From an uncultured bacterium (GTDB lineage: Bacteria; Planctomycetota; UBA1135; UBA2386): a stretch of DNA of 64,000 nucleotides. Positions 62,479 through 64,000 of this stretch are shown in pieces. Location of the stretch: positions 16,024-80,023 of the forward strand of contig CALCZA010000114.1 in the NCBI GenBank assembly GCA_937906475.1. The letters run 5' to 3'. The notes below the pieces were generated by a model. That model saw only the letters and a program-made list of their open reading frames with translations, was not told where the DNA came from and made no database searches. The translations under genes and the position numbers were made by a program. The first letter of the stretch is position 1; every line of letters starts with the position of its first letter.

Positions 62479-63642
62479 CTACATGCCGGCGTCGATTGGT
62501 TCGTCTTGCGTGCGCATCTCGATGTCGAGCGTCACGGTGCGCGGATTGTCCGGCAAGCCACGAATAGCTGTGACTCGCACTACGTCGCCAGAATTGCGGC
62601 TCGACAAGGCGAGCGGTAGTTCGCTGTAAGAACGTACCCGCTGGCCATCGATGGCCACGATGACGTCGCCGTACTCTTCGATACGTCGGTCGGCACCGAC
62701 CTTGAACGGCCGCAGTCCGGCAGCGCGCGCACCGTAACCATCGACGACCTCGGTGACGATCGCGCCCGATCGATAGCCAAGACTCTGGTCGAGGTTGAGG
62801 CGTTCGAAGTCGGTTCTCACGCCGAGCAATGCGGTTGTTGGTTTGTTGGCGATTAGACGCGGTACGACAATGTTGACGACATCGACGGGAACGGCAAAGC
62901 CTAGGCCTGCGTTGGCACCACTTGGGGAGTAGATTGCGGTCGTCACGCCGATCAGTCGACCGGCACTGTCTAGTAGGGGGCCGCCGGAGTTGCCGGGGTT
63001 GATTGCGGCGTCGACCTGGACCAGGCCGCGCATCATGTTGCCTTCCTTCGATTTCAGCGTGCGGTTCAATGCGCTGACGATGCCTGTCGTCATCGTCTGG
63101 TCGAAGCCAAACGGGTTGCCGATGGCGATTGTTGTCTGGCCGACCCGCAGGTCCTTGGAGGATCCCAGTGCGATCGGCTTGAGGTCGACGTCGCGAGCGC
63201 GCAGTTTCAAGATGGCGAGATCGTGAGTCGGCGACGAGCGCAGCACATCGGCGAGGTAGTTGTTACCGGCGACGGTCACCATCACTTCGCGTGCGCCGGC
63301 GACGACGTGGTGGTTGGTGACGATGGTGCCGGTGTTGTCCCACACAAAGCCGCTGCCCGAACCCTGTTGCTCGGTAATCCCCGAGTAGGTGCGCACGAGC
63401 GATGTGGTGCTGATGTGGGCGACCGAAGGCGACGCGTTTTGGAACAGTTCGACTAGACTGTCCTCGTGTGGGGCTAACTCACCGCGGGGAGTGATGGCGC
63501 GCGGCACACTGCTCGCCACCGGATCAAATACGCCAGTGCGGTCGAGCACTAGATAAGCCGCGAGCGCGAATGCAGCCCCCGCCAACAGCAGGGGTAGCGG
63601 GCTTTGGCGTTGGGGCGGGAACGGCGTGTAGTTGCTGCTCAT
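62479..63642 (-). CDS. S1C (HtrA/DegP-like) serine protease with PDZ domain
   Basis: ORF 62479..63951, with the start at ATG 63642 (ATG 63693 also possible), followed by a TM/signal helix. Catalytic triad contexts are TNHHVV, DLAILKL and GNSGGPLL. The C-terminus is PDZ-like. Confidence 0.85.
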   Translation of the reverse strand: MSSNYTPFPPQRQSPLPLLLAGAAFALAAYLVLDRTGVFDPVASSVPRAITPRGELAPHEDSLVELFQNASPSVAHISTTSLVRTYSGITEQQGSGSGFVWDNTGTIVTNHHVVAGAREVMVTVAGNNYLADVLRSSPTHDLAILKLRARDVDLKPIALGSSKDLRVGQTTIAIGNPFGFDQTMTTGIVSALNRTLKSKEGNMMRGLVQVDAAINPGNSGGPLLDSAGRLIGVTTAIYSPSGANAGLGFAVPVDVVNIVVPRLIANKPTTALLGVRTDFERLNLDQSLGYRSGAIVTEVVDGYGARAAGLRPFKVGADRRIEEYGDVIVAIDGQRVRSYSELPLALSSRNSGDVVRVTAIRGLPDNPRTVTLDIEMRTQDEPIDAGM

Positions 63643-64000
63643 CGACGTTCTGGTTGGTGCGGGGGTTGGTCCATCTGGTGGCGTTCCGCTCATCGGTGTC
63701 GCCGTAACTACAGTAGGCAGGAGTTTACTCCCTGAAAAACTAGCGTGCCAGATCGTGGCAGGCATTGGCTGCCTGGCACTCGGCCAGGGGGAGCTGTCCT
63801 TAACACTAGATCGGCTACTGCGCCAAGTCGCTTCGAATGCGCAGGACTCAGCGGCTACGTTGACCCTGGCGTAGTCGTAGTGGCCGGAGCACACACTTTG
63901 CTTTCGGTGCAAATAAGTGTCCTGCCCCAAGTGCCTGCTTACTCGGGCCACTCTCGCTAACGTTGGTTGGTGCCCCGGATCAGGACCGGAAGAAGGCGGC

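Noticed and set aside
63643-64000. Upstream region of the HtrA-like gene: a 7-bp inverted repeat (GTGCCAG..CTGGCAC, about 63744-63778) and ORF extensions to 63951.
   Set aside because: The inverted repeat is short with a 21-nt spacer and competing pairings. The ORF extension lacks any signal or motif. The window ends here, so the context is incomplete.
1-64000. Scan for CRISPR arrays, rRNA, IS elements, transposases, integrases, toxin-antitoxin pairs and known defence-system signatures.
   Set aside because: No spaced direct-repeat arrays, no rRNA-like conserved strings, and no DDE, tyrosine or serine recombinase motifs were seen in any credible ORF. The only repeats found are the short tandem repeats reported above.

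Overview
GC-rich, densely coding chromosomal segment with about 58 protein genes, one tRNA, and no rRNA, CRISPR array, transposase or integrase that I can support. All calls come from reading the translations and sequence by eye, using motif memory only, with no searches. Gene content (several Cys-type sulfatases, HEAT/VWA proteins, an ECF sigma factor, many lipoproteins, Na+-NQR) resembles Planctomycetota-type genomes, but that is inference only. Main blocks: (1) 1-13.9 kb holds an M14 peptidase (5' partial), a PilX_N-like protein, a CDF transporter, a GH29 fucosidase with PA14 domain, a large BNR-repeat protein, cstA, an atypical EF-P and an orphan binding protein. (2) 13963-14061 is a tRNA-Sec (selC) that the ORF track does not show. 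(3) 17-31 kb is a divergent sugar-utilisation locus. Its minus arm reads amidohydrolase, SDR, Zn-ADH, lutA, lutB, lutC, FAH hydrolase. Its plus arm reads sugar ABC importer followed by two sulfatases. (4) 32.0-41.1 kb holds nqrM-nqrABCDEF plus apbE, with a perfect 4 x 15-bp in-frame repeat inside nqrA. (5) 42-49.5 kb holds mazG, Fe-SOD, a glycosyltransferase/kinase envelope cluster and a cyclophilin. (6) 49.6-57.4 kb is a long minus-strand string: purK, purE, LptE-like, BamD-like, recO, CNNM/CBS and HDOD-GGDEF. (7) 57.5-64 kb holds an ECF sigma factor, hutI, a methyltransferase, two small lipoprotein paralogues, glutamate formimidoyltransferase and an HtrA-like protease. I found no convincing defence island or mobile element. 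The best leads are selC, the FAH-LutABC-linked deoxyhexose locus, the unusual NQR accessory layout and NqrA repeat, a non-canonical EF-P, an orphan intrinsic terminator with a possible sRNA, and several intergenic repeats and palindromes.
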